Shown here piece by piece: positions 62,601-64,000 of a stretch of 64,000 nucleotides of DNA. Both the position numbers and the translations under genes were made by a program. The notes below the pieces were generated by a model. The model did no database searches. It saw only the letters and a list, made by a program, of their open reading frames with translations, and was not told the origin of the DNA. Within the stretch, counting starts at the first letter, position 1. Each line of letters begins with the position of its first letter. Source of the DNA: Enoplolaimus lenunculus (lineage: Eukaryota); assembly GCA_030248215.1 (NCBI GenBank), contig JASANG010001107.1, forward strand, positions 744,001 through 808,000, given 5' to 3'.

Positions 62601-64000
62601 AGAACAAAAACTTATATCCCGCTTATAAACAGACATTTTTTAGCAAAACCCGGGCTATTTGCCCACAAAAAGTATATTTTGCAAACAACTATTTTTGCCC
62701 AATATATATACCCGTCCTTCAAGAATGCAACTTCTCGGCTAGCAATATTTTTTATCTCTATAACTGAACACTTCTGCTTTGTCCTCAGTTTTTGTCCAAC
62801 AAATTAGATCGAAAAAATTAACTCGTTTCACTCGCATTTCTCTCGTGCTTCTGTATTAGAAAGGTTTGTATACGTAGAAAAATTTTCCGGATACAAGCAT
62901 CGGAGATTGCACGGGAGCATGAACATTACTTATTTTGAAAACCGCGAACGAAAGCCCGATCTCTTTTGCTTTAACGCATAAAATGTTATCCAGCAGCTAA
63001 AACTATGTAACCTTAGAAAATTTTTTGCGGCTCTGCATCTCTCCTTTAAAACTGTGAAATTTTCGCAGTTTTTGAAAAAACGACACAAAAAGTTTTTCCC
63101 GGGAACAGTATATCTTACAACAGTATATATATTTTACCAATTAAACATCCGCATACCCCCAAATGAAAAAAACCTTGCTCAATGCTTACAAACTTCAGCA
63201 TTCATATTTTAATTGGTATTAACATAACGTTAAGAACAGTAAACATAAATTACGGACAAGCTGTAGCAACATAAAACTCACCTATTTTAGTCAAATCGGG
63301 CACAAAACTTGATGATATTGATTGTCCGAGTTTCTGAAACAAGCCTTTCCACTGTTACACACAGAAAATAATTGAAAATTATCACTGCATAGAAATTAAT
63401 CACATAAACACCAAAAACATCATTCCGTGAAACCTAACATAGGACACTCAATTTTTATGTATATTTCTCACATTAATCAACCCGGAAAATGTCGTCGACT
63501 CTGGATTACAACATTTATTTTCAAGTTTTATATTTCAATCACACACAGAATTCAATTGGCTGGTTCAGCTAATCCAACGCTACGCTATTCTACTTGCAAA
63601 ATTGAAAAATTAAAAATATCAAGATTTTTTAAAGTCAGAGTTCAGATTCAAATTCGGAGAAATGGCGGGTTAGGCGCAACCTGCATTACCTGATGAAGTC
63701 TCCGATCAAATTGTAAGCGCCCTAAGAAGTCACAGTAACTGTCGTACACCCCCGATATATCAAGAAGCAACAATTTACTTTGTAATCTGCTACGTTACTC
63801 ACATGTTCATAGTAATCAATTATTCCTTTTAAAACTCGGCGTAAATTGCTTTCCTAAAACAACACAAACTATGTCAACAACGATCATTTATAATGCTTTC
63901 GCGCTTTGCTAGTAAGGAGGAATTCTCCCCTTTTAACTCGGCCGATGCCTCCACTCGACAAATCCTCCATGTTCAGCAGCCCCCTATTCGAAAACTCACC
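53625..64000 (-). CDS. HOOK: Hook-family microtubule-tethering / dynein adaptor protein (5' end beyond right window edge)
   Basis: Many short coiled-coil exons, e.g. ~63283-63332 (LGQSISSSFVPDL), 62461-62541 (MLQLILGLVVHCDRKE), 62238-62305 (YINRIMMLEESVQHMVMRAIQD), 59360-59487, 58107-58257, 57272-57411 (EKLLRLEHENKLLK), 55066-55137 (EERLITTAFHSM), 53625-53954 (SFLERQRQ). These match recalled HOOK1/HOOK3 signatures. Confidence 0.92.
54379..54836 (+). mobile_element. Second HINE-like copy, in a Hook intron
   Basis: Colinear with 35515-36318 and has the same 3' end; inverted 3' fragments also at ~6890-6970 and in each triplicated unit (~30968-31120 etc.). Confidence 0.8.
58440..58635. repeat. 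CpG-rich CGCGAT/CGCAGT-subrepeat dispersed family
   Basis: Similar arrays at ~13780-14010, 51680-51900 and 52560-52775. Confidence 0.6.

Noticed and set aside
1..64000. Prokaryotic operon or defence system
   Set aside because: Spliceosomal introns, animal genes and eukaryotic transposons throughout; no long unspliced genes.

Overview
Eukaryotic, AT-rich, intron-rich genomic DNA, most likely from an invertebrate animal; the species cannot be identified from the window. Four spliced genes can be reconstructed by hand: gamma-tubulin complex component 4 (minus strand, runs off the left edge), a WSC-domain peptide O-xylosyltransferase (minus, 12595-24532), a STAR/Sam68-like KH protein with an RGG tail (plus, 27972-38108) and a Hook-family dynein adaptor (minus, runs off the right edge). 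There is also a weak two-exon orphan membrane-protein candidate. Introns and intergenic DNA are dense with non-autonomous DNA transposons: hAT-type MITEs with 8-bp TSDs, TA-flanked MITEs, Helentron/DINE-like elements, a 3.5-kb TIR element and an 18-bp minisatellite. The most notable unannotated signal lies in one intron of the KH gene. A ~1.36-kb unit is tandemly triplicated and each unit carries two box C/D snoRNA-like sequences (six in total, host sense strand). Their guide appears complementary to 18S rRNA, and the two are separated by a strong cryptic acceptor that would open a stop-containing exon. The same gene has a GC-AG intron, a likely 3'-UTR intron and a cluster of G-U-rich hairpins upstream. 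Most entries in the supplied ORF track are exon fragments or chance ORFs. All protein and rRNA comparisons are from memory, not database searches.
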